64,000 bases of DNA from Octopus sinensis (taxonomy: Eukaryota): contig NW_021832404.1 of assembly GCF_006345805.1 (NCBI RefSeq), positions 22,667-86,666 of the forward strand. The letters are read 5' to 3'. Both the position numbers and the translations under genes were made by a program. Below are positions 27,001 to 42,000 of the stretch, one piece after another (position 1 is the first letter of the stretch; the number at the start of each line of letters is the position of its first letter). The notes beneath the pieces were generated by a model, which saw only the letters and a list, made by a program, of their open reading frames with translations, did not search any database and had not been told where the DNA came from.

Positions 27001-30000
27001 ACATTCCAGAGAGGGGGAATTGAAGGTGAAGGGGAGGAAGGGAAAAGGAATACTGAACATTCCAGAGAGGGGATATGAAGGTGAAGGGGAGGAATGGGAA
27101 GAAGGAATATTGAACATTCCAGAGTGGGGGATTTCAAGGTGAAGGGGAGGAAGTGGAGAAAAAAATACTGAACATTCTAGAGACGGGGATTTCAAGGTGA
27201 AGGGGAGGAAGGGTATGAAGGAATATTGAACATTCCAGAGAGGGGGATTTGAAGGTGAAGGGGAGGAATGGGAGGAAGGAATATTGAACATTCCAGAGAG
27301 GGGGATTATAAGGTGAAGGGGAGGAATGGGAAGAAGGAATATTGAACATTCCAGAGAGAGGGATTTGAAGGTAAAGGGGAGGAATGGGAAGAAGGAATAT
27401 TGAACATTCCAGAGAGTGTGATTTGACGGTAAAGGGGAGGAATGGGAAGAAGGAATATTCAACATTCCACAGAGGGGGATGTGAAGTTAAAGGGGAGGAA
27501 TGGGAAGAAGGAATATTGAACATTCCAGAGAGGGGGATTTGAAGGTAAAAGAGAGCAATGGGAAGAAGCAATATTGAAGATTCCAGAGAGGGTGATTTGA
27601 AGGTGAAAGGGAGGAAGGGGTGAAAGGAATATTGAACATTTCAGAGAGGGGGATTTGAAGGTAAAGGGGAGAATGGGAAGAAGGATTTGAACATTCTAGA
27701 GATGGGGATTTGAAAGTGAAGGAGAGGAAGGGGATGAAGGAATAATGAACATTCCAGAGAGGGGATTTGAAGGTGAAGGGCAGAAAGGAGAGAAAGGATA
27801 CTGAACATTCCAGAGAGGGGGATTTGAAGGTAAAAGGGACGAAGGGGATGAAGGAATATTGAACATTACAGAGAGGGGATTTGAAGGTGAAGGGGAGGAA
27901 GGGGAGAAGGAATATTGAACATTCCAGAGGGGGGATTTGAAAGTGAAAGGGAGGAAGTGCAGAAGGAATACTGAACATTGCAGAGAGGGGGATTTGAAGG
28001 TAATGGAGGAATGGAAGAAGAAGGAATATTTATCCTTCCAGAGAGGGGGATTTGAAGGTGAAGGTAAGGAATGAAGAAGGAATATTGAACATTCCAGAGA
28101 GGGGGATTTAAAGGTAAGGGGAGGAATGGGAAGAAGGAACATTGAACATTACAGAGAAGGGGATTTGAAGGTAAAGGGGAGGAATGGGAAGAAGGAATAT
28201 TGAACATTCCAGGGAGGAGGATTTGAAGGTGAAGGTAAGGAATTGGAAGAAGGAATATTGAACATTACAGAGAAGGGGATTTGAAGGTAAAGGGGAGGAA
28301 TGGGGAAGAGGAATATTGAACATTCCAGAGAGGGCGATTTGAAGGTAAAAGGTGAGGAATTGGAAATGGGAATATTGAACATTCCAGAGAGGGGGATTTG
28401 AGGGTGAAGTGGAAGAAGAGAGGAAGGAATATTGAACATTTCAGAGAGGGGGTTTGAAGATGAAGGGGAGGAAGTGGAGGAAGGAATGTTGAGCATTCAA
28501 GAGGGGTATTTGAAGGTGAAGGGAGAAAAGGAGGAAGGAATATTGAACATTCCAGAGAGGGGGATTTGAAGATGAAGGGTAGGAAGGGGAGGAAGGAATA
28601 TTGAACATTCCAGAGAGGGGGAGTTGAAGTTGAAGGGGAGGAAGGGGACAAAGGAATACTGAACATTCCAGAGAGGGGGATTTGAAGGTGAAGGGGAGGA
28701 AGGGGAGGAAGGAATATTGAACATTCCAGAGAGGATGATTTTAAGGTGAAGGGGAGGAATGGGAAGAAGGAATATTGAACATTCCAGAGAGGGGGATTTG
28801 AAGGTGAAGGGGAGGAATGGGATGAAGGAATATTGAACATTCCAGAGAGGGGGAATTTAAGGTGAAGGGGAGGAATCTGAAAAAGGAATATTGAACATTC
28901 CAGAGAGGGAATTTAAAGGTAAAGGTAGGAATGGGAAGAAGGAATATTGAACATTCCAGAGAGGGGGATTTTAAGGTAGGTAAAATGGAGAAGGTAGGAA
29001 TGGTGAAGGTAAGGGATGGTGAAGGTGAAGGTAAGGAATATTGAACATTCCAGAGAAAGGGATTTGGAGGTGAAGGGGAGGAATGTGAAGAAGGAATATT
29101 GAACATTCCAGAGAGGGGGATTTGAAAGTAAAGGGGCGGAAAGGGAAGAAGGAATATTGAACATTCCAGAGAGGGGTATTAGAAGGTGAAAGAGAGCAAT
29201 GGGAAGAAGCAATATTGAACATTCCAGATAGAGGGATTAGAAGGTTAAGGGGGAAGGGGAGAAAGAATATTGAACATTCCAGAGAGGACGATTTGAAGGT
29301 AAAGGGGAGGAATGGGAAGAAGGAATATTAAACATTCCAGAGAGGGGGATTTGAAGTTAAGGGGAGGAATGGGAAGAAGGAATATTGAACATTCCAGAGA
29401 GGGGGATTTGAAGGTGAAGGGGAGGAAGAGAAGGAAGAAATATTGAACATTGCTGAGAGGAGGTATTTGAGGGTGAAGGGGAGGAAGTGGAGGAAGAGAT
29501 ACTGAACATTCCAGAGAGGGGGATTTGAAGGTGAAATGGAGGTAGGGGAGGAATGAATATTCAACATTCCATAGAGTGGAATTTGAAGGTGAAGGGGAGC
29601 AAGGGGAGGAAGGAATATTGAACTTTCCAGAGAAGGGGAATTTAAGGTAAGGGAGGAATGGGAAGAAGGAATATTTAACATTCCAGAGATTGTGGATTTG
29701 AAGGTGAAGGGGAAGAATATTGAACATTCCAGAGAGGGGATTTGAAGGTGAAGGGGAGGAAGGGGAGGAAGGAATGTTGAACATTCCAGAGAGGGGGATT
29801 TGAAGTTGAAGGGGAGGAATAAGAAGAAGGAATATTGAACATTCCAGAGAGGGGGATTTGAAGGAAAGGGGAGGAATGGGAAGAAGGAATATTGAACATT
29901 CCAGAGAGGGTGATTTGAAAGCGAAGGGGAGGAGGGGTGGAAGGAATATTCAACATTCCAAGTGAGTGGGGATTTGAAGGTGAAGGGGGGAAGGAATATT

Positions 30001-33000
30001 GACCATTCCAGAGAGGGGGATTTGAAGGTGAAGGGGAGGAAGGGGGGAAGGAATATTAAACATTCCAGAGAGGGGGATTTGAAGGTGCAGGGGAAGAAGT
30101 GGAGAAGGAATACTGAACATTCCAGAGAGGGGGATTTGAAGGTAAAGGGGAGGAATGGGAGGAGGAATATTTAACCTTCCAGAGAGTGGGATTTGAAGGT
30201 GAAGGTAAGGAATGGGAAAAAGGAATATTGAACATTCCAGGTAGAAGGATTTGAAGGTAAAGGGGAGGAATGGGAAGAAGGAATATTGATTATTCCAGAG
30301 ATCGGGATAGAAAGGTAAAGGGGAGGAATGGGTTAAAGGAATATTGAACATTCCAGAGAGGGGGATTTGAAGGTGAATTGGATGAATGGGATGAAGGAAT
30401 ATTGAACATTCCAGAGAGGGGGATTTGAAGGTGATGGGGAGGAAAAGGAGGAAGGAATATTGAACATTTCAGAGAGGGGGATTTGAAGGTGAATTGGAGG
30501 TAGGGGAGGAAGGAATATTGAACATTCCAGAGAGTGGGATTTGAAGGTGACGGGGAGGAAGGAATATTGAACATTCCAGAGAGGGGCATTTGAAGGTGAA
30601 GGGTGGAAAGGGAGGAGGGATATTGAACATTCCAGAGAGGGGGAATTGAAGGTAAAGGGAGGAATGGGAAAAAGAATCTGAACATACCAGAGGGGGGGAT
30701 TTAAAGGTGAAGGGGAGGAAGGGTAGGGAGGAATATTGAACATTCCAGATATTGGGATTTGAAGGTGGATGGGAGGAAGGGGAGGGAGGAATATTGAACA
30801 TTCCAGAGAGGTGGGTTTACGGTGAAGGGGAGGAAGGGGGCGGGGGAATATTGAACATTCCAGAGAGGGGGATTTGAAGGTGAAGGGGGAAGGAATATTG
30901 AATATTCCAGAGAGGGGGATTTGAAGGTGAAGGAGAGGAAGGCGAGGAAGGAATATTGAAAATTCCATAGGGGGGGATTTGAAGTTGAAAGGGAGGAATG
31001 GGATGAAGGAATATTCAACATTCCAGAGAGTGGGATTTGTAGCTAATGGGGACGAATGAGTAGAAGGAATATTGAACATTCCAGAGGGGGGGATTTTAAG
31101 GTGAAGGGGAGGAATGGGAAGAAGGAATATTGAATATTCCAGAGAGGGGGATTTGAAGGTAAAGGGGAGGAATGGGATGAAGGAATATTGAACATTCCAG
31201 AGAGGGGGATTTTATGGTGAAGGGGAGGAATGGGAAGAAGGAATATTGAACATTCCAGAGAGGGGGATTTGAAGGTAAAGGTAAGGAATGGGAAGAAGGA
31301 ATATTGAACATTCCAGAGAGGGGGATTTGAAGGTGAAGGTAAGGAATGGTGAAGGTTAGAAATGGTGAAGGTAAGGAATGGTGAAGGTGAAGGTAAGGAA
31401 TATGGAACATTCCAGAGAGAGGGATTTGGAGGTGAAGGGGAGGTATGGGAAGAAGGAATATTGAACATTCCAGAGAGGTGGATTTGAAGGTAAAGGGGCG
31501 GAATGGGAAGAAGGAATATTGAACATTCCAGAGAGGGGGATTTGAAGGTGAAAGAGAGCAATGGGAAGAAGCAATATTGAACATTCCAGAGAGGGGGATT
31601 AGAAGGTTAAAGGGAGGAAGGGGAGGAAGGAATATTGAACATTCCAGAGAGAGGATTTGAAGGTAAGGGGAGGAATGGGAAGAAGGAATATTGAACATTC
31701 CTGAGAGGGGGATTTGAAGGTAATGGGGAGGAATGGGAAGAAGCAATATTGAACATTCCAGAGAGGGGGATTTGAAGGTGAAAGGGGAGGAAGGGGAAGA
31801 AGGAATATTGAACATTCCAGAGAGTGGTATTTAAGGTGAGGTGGAGGAATGGGAAGAAGGAATATTGAAAATTCCAGAGGGGGGGATTTGAAGGTGAAGG
31901 GGAGGAATGGGAAGAAGGAATATTCAACATTCCAGAGTGTAGTATGTGAAGGTAAAGGGGAAGAATGGGAAGAAGGAATATTGAACATTCCAGAGAGGGG
32001 GATTTGAAGGTGAAGGGGAAGAAGGGGAGGAAGGGATACTGAACATTCCAGAGAGGGGGATTTGAAGGTGAATTGGAGGTAGGGGTGGAAGGAATATTGA
32101 ACATTCCAGAGAGGGGGATTTGAAGATGAAGGGGAGGAAGGGGAGGAAGGAATATTGAACATTCCAGAGAGTGGTATTTGAAGGTAAACGGGAGGAATGG
32201 GAACAAGAAGTATTGAACATAACAGGGAGGGGGATTTGAAGGTAAAGGGGAGGAATGGGAAGAAGGAATATTTAACGTTCCAGAGAGGGGGATTTAAAGG
32301 TAAAAGGGTGGAATGTGAAGAAGGAATATTGAACATTCCAGAGAAAGGGATTTGAAGGTAAAGGGGAGGAATGGGAAGAAGGAATATTGAACATTACAGG
32401 GAGGAGGATTTGAAGGTGAAGGGAAGGAATGGGTAGAAGGAATATTGAACATTACAGAGAAGGGGATTTGAAGGTAAAGGGGAGGAATGGGAAGAAGGAA
32501 TATTCAACATTCCACAGAGGGAGACTTGAAGGTAAATGGGAGGAATGGGAAGAAGGAATATTTAACCTTTCAATGAGGTGGATTTGAAGGTGAAGGTAAG
32601 GAATGGGAAGAAGGAATATTGAACATTCCAGAGAGGGGGATTTGAAGGTAAAGGGGAGGAATGGGAAGAAGTAATATTGAACATTCCAGAGAGGGCGATT
32701 TCAAGGTAAAGAGGAGGAAGGGGAAGAAGGAATTTTGAACATTCCAGAGAGGGTGATTTGAAGGTAAAGGGGAGGAATGGGAAGAAGGAATATTGAACAT
32801 TCCATGGAGGAGGATTTGAAGGTGAAGGTAAGGAATGGGAAGAAGGTATATTGAACATTACAGAGAAATGGATTTGAAGGTAAATGGGAGGAATGGGAAT
32901 AAGGAATATTCAACATTCCACAGAAGGTGATTTGAAGGTAAGGGGAGGAAGGGGAATAAGGAATATTGAACATTCCATAGAGATGGATTTGAAGGTAAAG

Positions 33001-36000
33001 GGTAGGAATGGGAAGAAGGAATACTGAACATTCCAGAGAGGGATATTTGAAGGTAAAGGGGAAGAAGGGGAAGAAGGAATATTGAACATTCCAGAGAGGG
33101 GGATTTGAAGGTAAATGGGAGGAATGGGAAGAAGGAATATTAAACATTCCAGAGAGGGGGATTTGAAGGTGATGGGTAGGAAGGGGAGGAAGGAACATTG
33201 AACATTGCAGAGAGTGGGATTTGGAGGTGAAGGGGAGGAAGGGGAGGAATGAATATTGAACAATCCAGATAGGGGGATTTGAAGGTGAAGGGGAGGAATG
33301 GGAAGAAGGAATATTCAACATTCCAGAGAGTAGTATGTGAAGGTAAAGGGGAAGAATGGGAAGAAGGAATATTGAACATTACAGAGAGGGGGATTTGAAG
33401 GTGAATGGGAGGAAGAGGAGGAAGGAATATTGAACATTCCAGAGAGGGGGATTTGAAGGTGAAGGGGAGGAAGGAATATTGAACATTCCAGAGAGGGGGA
33501 TTTGAAGGTGAAGGGGAGCAAAGGAGGAAGGAATATTGAACATTCCAGAGAGGGGGATTTGAAGATGAAGGGGAGGAAGGGAGAAGGAATATTGAACATT
33601 CCAGAGAGGGGGATTTGAAGGTGAAGGGGAGGAAGAAATATTGAACATTGTAGAGAGGGGGATATGAAGGTGAAGGGGAGGAAGGGGAGGAAGGAATATT
33701 GAACATTTCAGAGAGGTGGATTTGAAGTTGAAGGGGAGGAAGTGGAGGAAGGAATATTGAACATTCCAGAGAGGTGGATTTGAAGGTGAAGGGGAGGAAG
33801 AGGAGAATGAAATACTGAACATTCCAGAGATGGGGATTTCAAGGTGAATTGGAGGTATGGGTGGAAGGAATATTGAACATTCCAGAGAGGGGGATTTGAA
33901 GATGAAGGGGAGGAAGGGGAGGAAGGAATATTGAACATTCCACTGGGGGGATTTGAAGGTGAAGGGGAGGAATGGGAAAAGGAATATTGAACATTCCAGA
34001 GACGGAGATTTCAAGGTAAAGGGGATGAGTGGGAAGAAGGAATATTGAACATTCCAGAGAGGGGGATTTGAAGGTGAAAGGGATGAAGGGGAGGAAGGAA
34101 TATTGAACATTCCAGAGAGGAGATTTGAAGGTGAAGGGGAGGAAGGGGGAGGGATATTGAAAATTCCAGAGAGTGGTATTTGTAAGTGAAGGGGAGGAAG
34201 GGGAGGAAGGAATATTGAACATACCAGAGAGGGGGATATGAAGGTGAATCGGAGGAGGGGTGGAAGGAATATTGAACATTCCAGAGAGGGGGATTTGAAG
34301 GTGAAGGGGAGGAAGTGGAGAAAGGAATACTGAACATTCCATAGAGGGGGATTTGAAGGTAAAGGGGAGGAATGGGATGGAGGAATATTTAACGTTCCAG
34401 ACGGGGGGGATATGAAGGTGAAGTTAAGGAATGGGAAAAAGGAATATTGAACATTCCAGGGAGTGGCATTTTAAGGTAAAGGGGAGGAATGGGAAGAAGG
34501 AATATTGAACATTCCAGAGAGGGAGATTTAAAGGTAAAGGGGTGGAATGGGTAGAAGGAATATTGAACATTCCAGAGAGAGGGATTTGAAGGTAAACGGG
34601 AGGAATGGGAAGAAGGAATATTGATCATTCCAGGGAGGACGATTTGAAGGTGAAGAGAAGGAATGGGAAGAAGGAATATTGAATATTACAGAGAAGGGGA
34701 TTTGAAGGTAAAGGGGAGGAAGAGAAAGAAGGAATATTCAACATTCCACAGAGGGGGATTTGAAGGTAAACGGGAGGAATGGGAACAAGAAGTATTGAAC
34801 ATATGAGGGAGGGGGATTTTAAGGTAAAGGGGAGGAGTGGGAAGAAGGAATATTGAAAATTCCAGAGAGGGGGATTTAAAGGTAAAAGGGTGGAATAGGA
34901 AGAAGGAATATTGAACATTCCAGAGAAAGGGATTTGAAGGTAAAGGGGAGGAATGGGAAGAAGGAATATTGAACATTACAGGGAGGAGGATTTGAAGGTG
35001 AAGGGGAAGAATGGGAAGAAGGAATTTGAACATTACAGAGAAGGGGATTTGAAGGTAAAGGGGAGGAATGGGAAGAAGGAATATTCAACATTCCACAGAG
35101 GGAGACTTGAAGGTAAAGGGGAGGAATGGGAAGAAGGAATATTTAACCTTTCAAGAGGTGGATTTGAAGGTGAAGTAAGGAATGGGAAGAAGGAATATTG
35201 AACATTCCAAGAGGGGGATTTGAAGGTAAAGGGGAGGAATGGGAAGAAGTAATATTGAACATTCCAGAGAGGGTGATTTGAAGGTAAAGAGGAGGAATGG
35301 GAAGAAGGAATATTGAACATTCCAGAGAGGGTGATTTGAAGGTAAAGGGGAAATGGGAAGAAGGAATATTGAACATTCCATGGAGGAGGATTTGAAGGTG
35401 AAGGGAAGGAACGGGAAGAAGGAATATTGAACATTACAGAGAAGGGGATTTGAAGGTAAATGGAGGAAATGGGAATAAAGATATTCAACATTCCACAGAA
35501 GGGGATTTGAAGGTAAGGGGAAGAAGGGGAAGAAGGAATATTGAACATTCCATAGAGATGGATTTGAAGGTAAAGGGGAGGAATGGGAAGAATGAATATT
35601 GAACAATCCAGAGAGGGATATTTGAAGGTAAAGGGGAGGAGGGGAAGAAGGAATATTGAACATTCCAGAGAGGGGGATTTGAAGGTAAATGGGAGGAATG
35701 GGAAGAAGGAATATTAAACATTCCAGAGAGGGGGATTTGAAGGTGAAGGCTAGGAAGGGGAGGAAGGAACATTGAACATTGCAGAGAGTGGGATTTGAAG
35801 ATGAAGGGGAGGAAGGGGAGGAATGAATATTGAACATTGCAGAGAGGGGGATTTGAAGGTGAAGGGGAGGAATGGAAGAAGGAATATTCAACATTCGAGA
35901 GAGTAGTATGTGAAGGTAAAGGGAAGAATGGGAAGAAAATATTGAACATTCCAGAGAGGGGATTTGAAGGTGAAGGAGAGGAAGAGGAGGAAGGAATATT

Positions 36001-39000
36001 GAACATTCAGAGAGGGGATTTGAAGGTGAAGGGGAGGAAGGAATATTGAACATTCCAGAGAGAGGGATTTGAAGGTGAAGGGGAGGAAGGGGAGGAAGGT
36101 ATTGAACATTCTAGAGAGGGGGATTTGAAGGTGAAGGGGAGGAAGGGGAGGAAGGAATATTGAACATTCCAGAGAGGTGGATTTGAAGGTGAAGGGGAGG
36201 AAGGGGAGAAAGGAATATTGAACATTACAAAGATGGGGATTTCAAGGTGAAGGGGAGGAAGGGATGGATGGAATATTGAACATTCCAGAGAGGGGGATTT
36301 GAAGGTGAAGGGGAGGAATGGGAGGAAGGAATATTGAACATTCCAGAGAGGGGGATTTTAACGTTAAGGGGAGGAATGGGAAGAAGGAATATTGAACATT
36401 CCAGAGAGAGGGATTTTAAGGTTAAGGGGAGGAATGGGAAGAAGGAATATTGAACATTCCAGAGAGGGGGATTTGGAGGTGAAAGGGAGGAATGGGAAGA
36501 AGGAATGTTGAACATTCCAGAGAGGGGGATTTGAAGGTGAAGGGGAGGAAGTTGAGGAAGAAATATTAAACATTCCAGAGAGGGGGATTTGAAGGTGAAG
36601 GTATGGAATGGGAAGAAGGAATAATGAACATTCCAGAGAGGGGGATATGAAGGTGAAGGGGAGGAAGGGGAGATAGGAATACTGAACATTACAAAGATGG
36701 GGATTTCAAGGTGAAGGGGAGGAAGGGGAGGATGGAATAATTAAGATTCCAGAAGAGGGGATTTAATGGTAAAGGGAGAATGGGAAAAAGGAATATTGAA
36801 CATTCCAGAGAGGGGGATTTGAAAGTAAATCGGAGGAATGGGAAGAAGGAATATTGAACATTCCAGAGAGGGGGATTTGAAGGTAAAGGGAGAATGGGAA
36901 GAAGGAATATTGAAAATTCCAGAGAGGGGGATGTGAAGGTAAATGGGATGAAATGGAAGAAGGAATATTTAACATTCCAGAGAGGGGGATTTGAAGGTGG
37001 AAGAGAGCAATGGGAAGAAGCATTATTGAAGATTCCAGAGATGGGGATTTGAAGGTGAAAGGGAGGAAGGGGAGAAAGGAATATTGAACATTTCAGAGAG
37101 GGGGATTTGAAGGTTAAGGGGAGAAATGGGAAGAAGGAATATTGAACATTCCAGAGATGGGATTTGAAGGTGAAGGTGAGGAAGGAGAGGAAGGGATACT
37201 GAACATTCCAGAGAGGGGATTTGAAGGTGAAGGGGGGAAGGGCAGGAAGGAATATTGAACATTCCAGAGAGGGGGATTTGAAGGTGAAGGGGAGGAAGTG
37301 GAGAAAGGAATACTGAACATTGCAGAGAGGGGGATTTGAAGGTAAATGGAGGAATGGGAAGAAGGAATATTTATCCTTCCAGAGAGGGGGATTTGAAGGT
37401 GAAGGTAAGGAATGGGAAAAAGGAATATTGAACATTACAGGGAGTGGGATTTCAAGGTAAAGGGGAGGAAAGGGAAGAAGAACATTGAACATTCCAGAGG
37501 GAGAGATTTCAAGGTAAAGGGGAGAATGTGAAGAAGGAATATTGAACATTCCAGAAGAGGGATTTAAAGGTAAGGGGAGGAATTGGAAAAGGAACATGAA
37601 CATTACATACTGAGAAGGGGATTTGAAGGTAAAGGCGAGGAATGGGAAGAAGGAATATTGAACATTCCAGGAGGAGGATTTGAAGGTAAATGGGAGGAAT
37701 GGGAAGAAGGAATATTGAACATTCCAGGAGAGGATTTGAAGTGAAGAAGGAAGGGAAGAAGGATATTGAACATTACTGAGAGGGGATTTGAAGGTAAAGG
37801 GGAGGAATGGGAAGAAGGAATATAGAACATTCCAGAGAGGGGGATTTGAAGGTAAAGGAAAGAATGGGAAGAAGTAATATTGAACATTCCATAAGGGGGA
37901 TTTGAAGGTGAAGGGGAGGAATGGGAAGAAGGAATATTGAACATTCCAGAGAGGGAGATTTGAAGGGAAAGGGGAGGAATGGGAAGAAGGAATATTAAAC
38001 ATTCCAGAGAGGGGGATTTGAAGGTGAAGGCTAGGAAGGGGAGGAAGGAACATTGAACATTGCAGAGAGTGGGATTTGAAGATGAAGGGGAGGAAGGGGA
38101 GGAATGAATATTGAACATTGCAGAGAGGGGGATTTGAAGGTGAAGGGGAGGAATGGGAAGAAGGAATATTCAACATTCGAGAGAGTAGTATGTGAAGGTA
38201 AAGGGGAAGAATGGGAAGAAGGAATATTGAACATTACAGAGAGGGGGATTTGAAGGTGAAGGAGAGGAAGAGGAGGAAGGAATATTGAACATTCAAGAGA
38301 GGGGGATTTGAAGGTGAAGGGGAGGAAGGAATATTGAACATTCCAGAGAGAGGGATTTGAAGGTGAAGGGGAGGAAGGGGAGGAAGGTATATTGAACATT
38401 CTAGAGAGGGGGATTTGAAGGTGAAGGGGAGGAAGGGGAGGAAGGAATATTGAACATTCCAGAGAGGTGGATTTGAAGGTGAAGGGGAGGAAGGGGAGAA
38501 AGGAATATTGAACATTACAAAGATGGGGATTTCAAGGTGAAGGGGAGGAAGGGATGGATGAATATTGAACATTCCAGAGAGGGGGATTTGAAGGTGAAGG
38601 GGAGGAATGGAGGAAGGAATATTGAACATTCCAGAGAGGGGATTTTAACGTTAAGGGGAGGAATGGGAAGAAGGAATATTGAACATTCCAGAGAGAGGAT
38701 TTTAAGGTTAAGGGGAGGAATGGGAAGAAGGAATATTGAACATTCCAGAGAGGGGATTGGAGGTGAAAGGGAGGAATGGAAGAAGGAATGTTGAACATTC
38801 CAGAGAGGGGGATTTGAAGGTGAAGGGGAGGAAGTTGAGGAAGAAATATTAAACATTCCAGAGAGGGGGATTTGAAGGTGAAGGTATGGAAGGGAAGAAG
38901 GAATAATGAACATTCCAGAGAGGGGGATATGAAGGAAGGGGAGGAAGGGGAGATAGGAATACTGAACATTACAAAGATGGGGATTTCAAGGTGAAGGGGA

Positions 39001-42000
39001 GGAAGGGGAGGATGGAATAATGAAGATTCCAGAGAGGGGGATTTAATGGTAAAGGGGAGGAATGGGAAGAAGGAATATTGAACATTCCAGAGAGGGGGAT
39101 TTGAAAGTAAATCGGAGGAATGGGAAGAAGGAATATTGAACATTCCAGAGAGGGGGATTTGAAGGTAAAGGGGAGGAATGGGAAGAAGGAATATTGAAAA
39201 TTCCAGAGAGGGGGATGTGAAGGTAAATGGGATGAATGGGAAGAAGGAATATTTAACATTCCAGAGAGGGGGATTTGAAGGTGAAAGAGAGCAATGGGAA
39301 GAAGCAATATTGAAGATTCCAGAGATGGGGATTTGAAGGTGAAAGGGAGGAAGGGGAGAAATGAATATTGAACATTTCAGAGAGGGGGATTTGAAGGTTA
39401 AGGGGAGAAATGGGAAGAAGGAATATTGAACATTCCAGAGATGGGATTTGAAGGTGAAGGTGAGGAAGGAGAGGAAGGGATACTGAACATTCCAGAGAGG
39501 GGGATTTGAAGGTGAAGGGGAGGAAGGGCAGGAAGGAATATTGAACATTCCAGAGAGGGGGATTTGAAGGTGAAGGGGAGGAAGTGGAGAAAGGAATACT
39601 GAACATTGCAGAGAGGGGGATTTGAAGGTAAATGGAGGAATGGGAAGAAGGAATATTTATCCTTCCAGAGAGGGGGATTTGAAGGTGAAGGTAAGGAATG
39701 GGAAAAAGGAATATTGAACATTACAGGGAGTGGGATTTCAAGGTAAAGGGGAGGAATGGGAAGAAGGAACATTGAACATTCCAGAGGGAGAGATTTCAAG
39801 GTAAAGGGGAAGAATGTGAAGAAGGAATATTGAACATTCCAGAGAGAGGGATTTAAAGGTAAAGGGGAGGAATTGGAAGAAGGAACATTGAACATTACTG
39901 AGAAGGGGATTTGAAGGTAAAGGCGAGGAATGGGAAGAAGGAATATTGAACATTCCAGGGAGGAGGATTTGAAGGTAAATGGGAGGAATGGGAAGAAGGA
40001 ATATTGAACATTCCAGGGAGGAGGATTTGAAGATGAAGGTAAGGAATGGGAAGAAGGAATATTGAACATTACTGAGAAGGGGATTTGAAGGTAAAGGGGA
40101 GGAATGGGAAGAAGGAATATAGAACATTCCAGAGAGGGGGATTTGAAGGTAAAGGAAAGAATGGGAAGAAGTAATATTGAACATTCCATAAGGGGGATTT
40201 GAAGGTGAAGGGAGGAATGGGAAGAAGGAATATTGAACATTCCAGAGAGGGAGATTTGAAGGGAAAGGGGAGGAATGGGAAGAAAGAATATTGAACATTC
40301 CAAGGAGGGGGGATTTAAAGGTAAAGGGGAAGAATGGGAAGAAGGATTATTGAACATTCCAGAGAGGGGGATTTGAAGGTAAACGTAAAGAATGGGAACA
40401 AGAAATATTGAACGTTCCAAAGAGTGGGATTTGAAGCTGAATGGGTGGAATGGGAAGAAGGAATATTGAACATTCCATACAGTGGGATTTGAAGGTGAAG
40501 GGGAGGAATAGGAGGAATGAATATTGAACATTCCATAGAGGGTGATGTGAAGGTGAAGGGGAGGAATGTGACGAAGGAATATTGAACATTCCAGAGAGGG
40601 GGATTTGAAGGTAAAGGTGAGGAAGGAGAGGAAGGAATATTGAACATTCCAGAGAGGGGGATTTGAAGGTGAAGGGGAGGAAAAGGAGGAAGGAATATTG
40701 AACATTCCAGAGAGGGGGATTTGAAGATGAAGGGGAGGAAGGGGAGGAAGTAATATTGAACATTCCAGAGAAAGGGATATGAAGGTAAAGGGGAGGAAGG
40801 GGAGGAAGGAATATTGAACATTCCAGAGTGGGGGATTTGAATGTGAAGGGGAGGAAGGGGAGAAAGGAATACTGAACATTCCAGAGAGGGGGATTTGAAG
40901 GTGAAGGGGAGGAAGTGGAGAAAAAAATACTGAACATTCCAGAGAAAGGGATATGAAGGTAAAGAGGAGGAAGGGGAGGAAGGAATATTGAACATTCCAG
41001 AGTGGGGGATTTGAAGGTGAAGGGGAGGAAGGGGAGAAAGGAATACTGAACATTCCAGAGAGGGGGATATGAAGGTGAAGGGGAGGAATGGGAAGAAGGA
41101 ATATTGAACATTCCAGAGTGGGGGATTTGAAGGTGAAGGGGAGGAAGTGGAGAAAAAAATACTGAACATTCTAGAGACGGGGATTTCAAGGTGAAGGGGA
41201 GGAGGGGAGGAAGGAATATTGAACATTCCAGAGAGGGGGATTTGAAGGTAAAGTGAGGAAGGAGAGGAAGGAATATTGAACATTCCAGAGAGGGGATTTG
41301 AAGGTGAAGGGGAGGAAAAAAGGAGAGGAATATTGAACATTCCAGAGAGGGGGATTTGAAGATGAAGGGGAGGAAGGGGAGGAAGTAATATTGAACATTC
41401 CAGAGAAAGGGATATGAAGGTAAAGGGGAGGAAGGGGAGGAGGAATATTGAACATTCCAGAGAGGGGGATTTGAATGTGAGGGGAGGAAGGGGAGAAAGG
41501 AATATGAACATTCCAGAGAGGGGGATTTGAAGTGAAGGGGGGAAGTGGAAAAAAATACTGAACATTCCAGAGAAAGGGATATGAAGGTAAAGAGGAGAAG
41601 GGGAGGAAGGATATTGAACATTCCAGAGTGGGGGATTTGAAGGTGGGGAGGAAGGGGAGAAAGGAATACTGAACATTCCAGAGAGGGGGATATGAAGGTG
41701 AAGGGGAGGAATGGGAAGAAGGAATATTGAACATTCCAGAGTGGGGGATTTGAAGGTGAAGGGGAGGAAGTGGAGAAAAAAATACTGAACATTCTGAGAC
41801 GGGGATTTCAAGGTGAAGGGGGGAGGGTAGGAAGGAATATTGAACATTCCAGAGAGGGGGATTTGAAGGTGAAGGGGAGGAATGGAGGAAGGAATATTGA
41901 ACATTCCAGAGAGGGGGATTTTAAGGTGAAGGGGAGGAATGGGAAGAAGGAATATTGAACATTCCAGAGAGAGGGATTTGAGGTAAAGGGAGGAATGGGA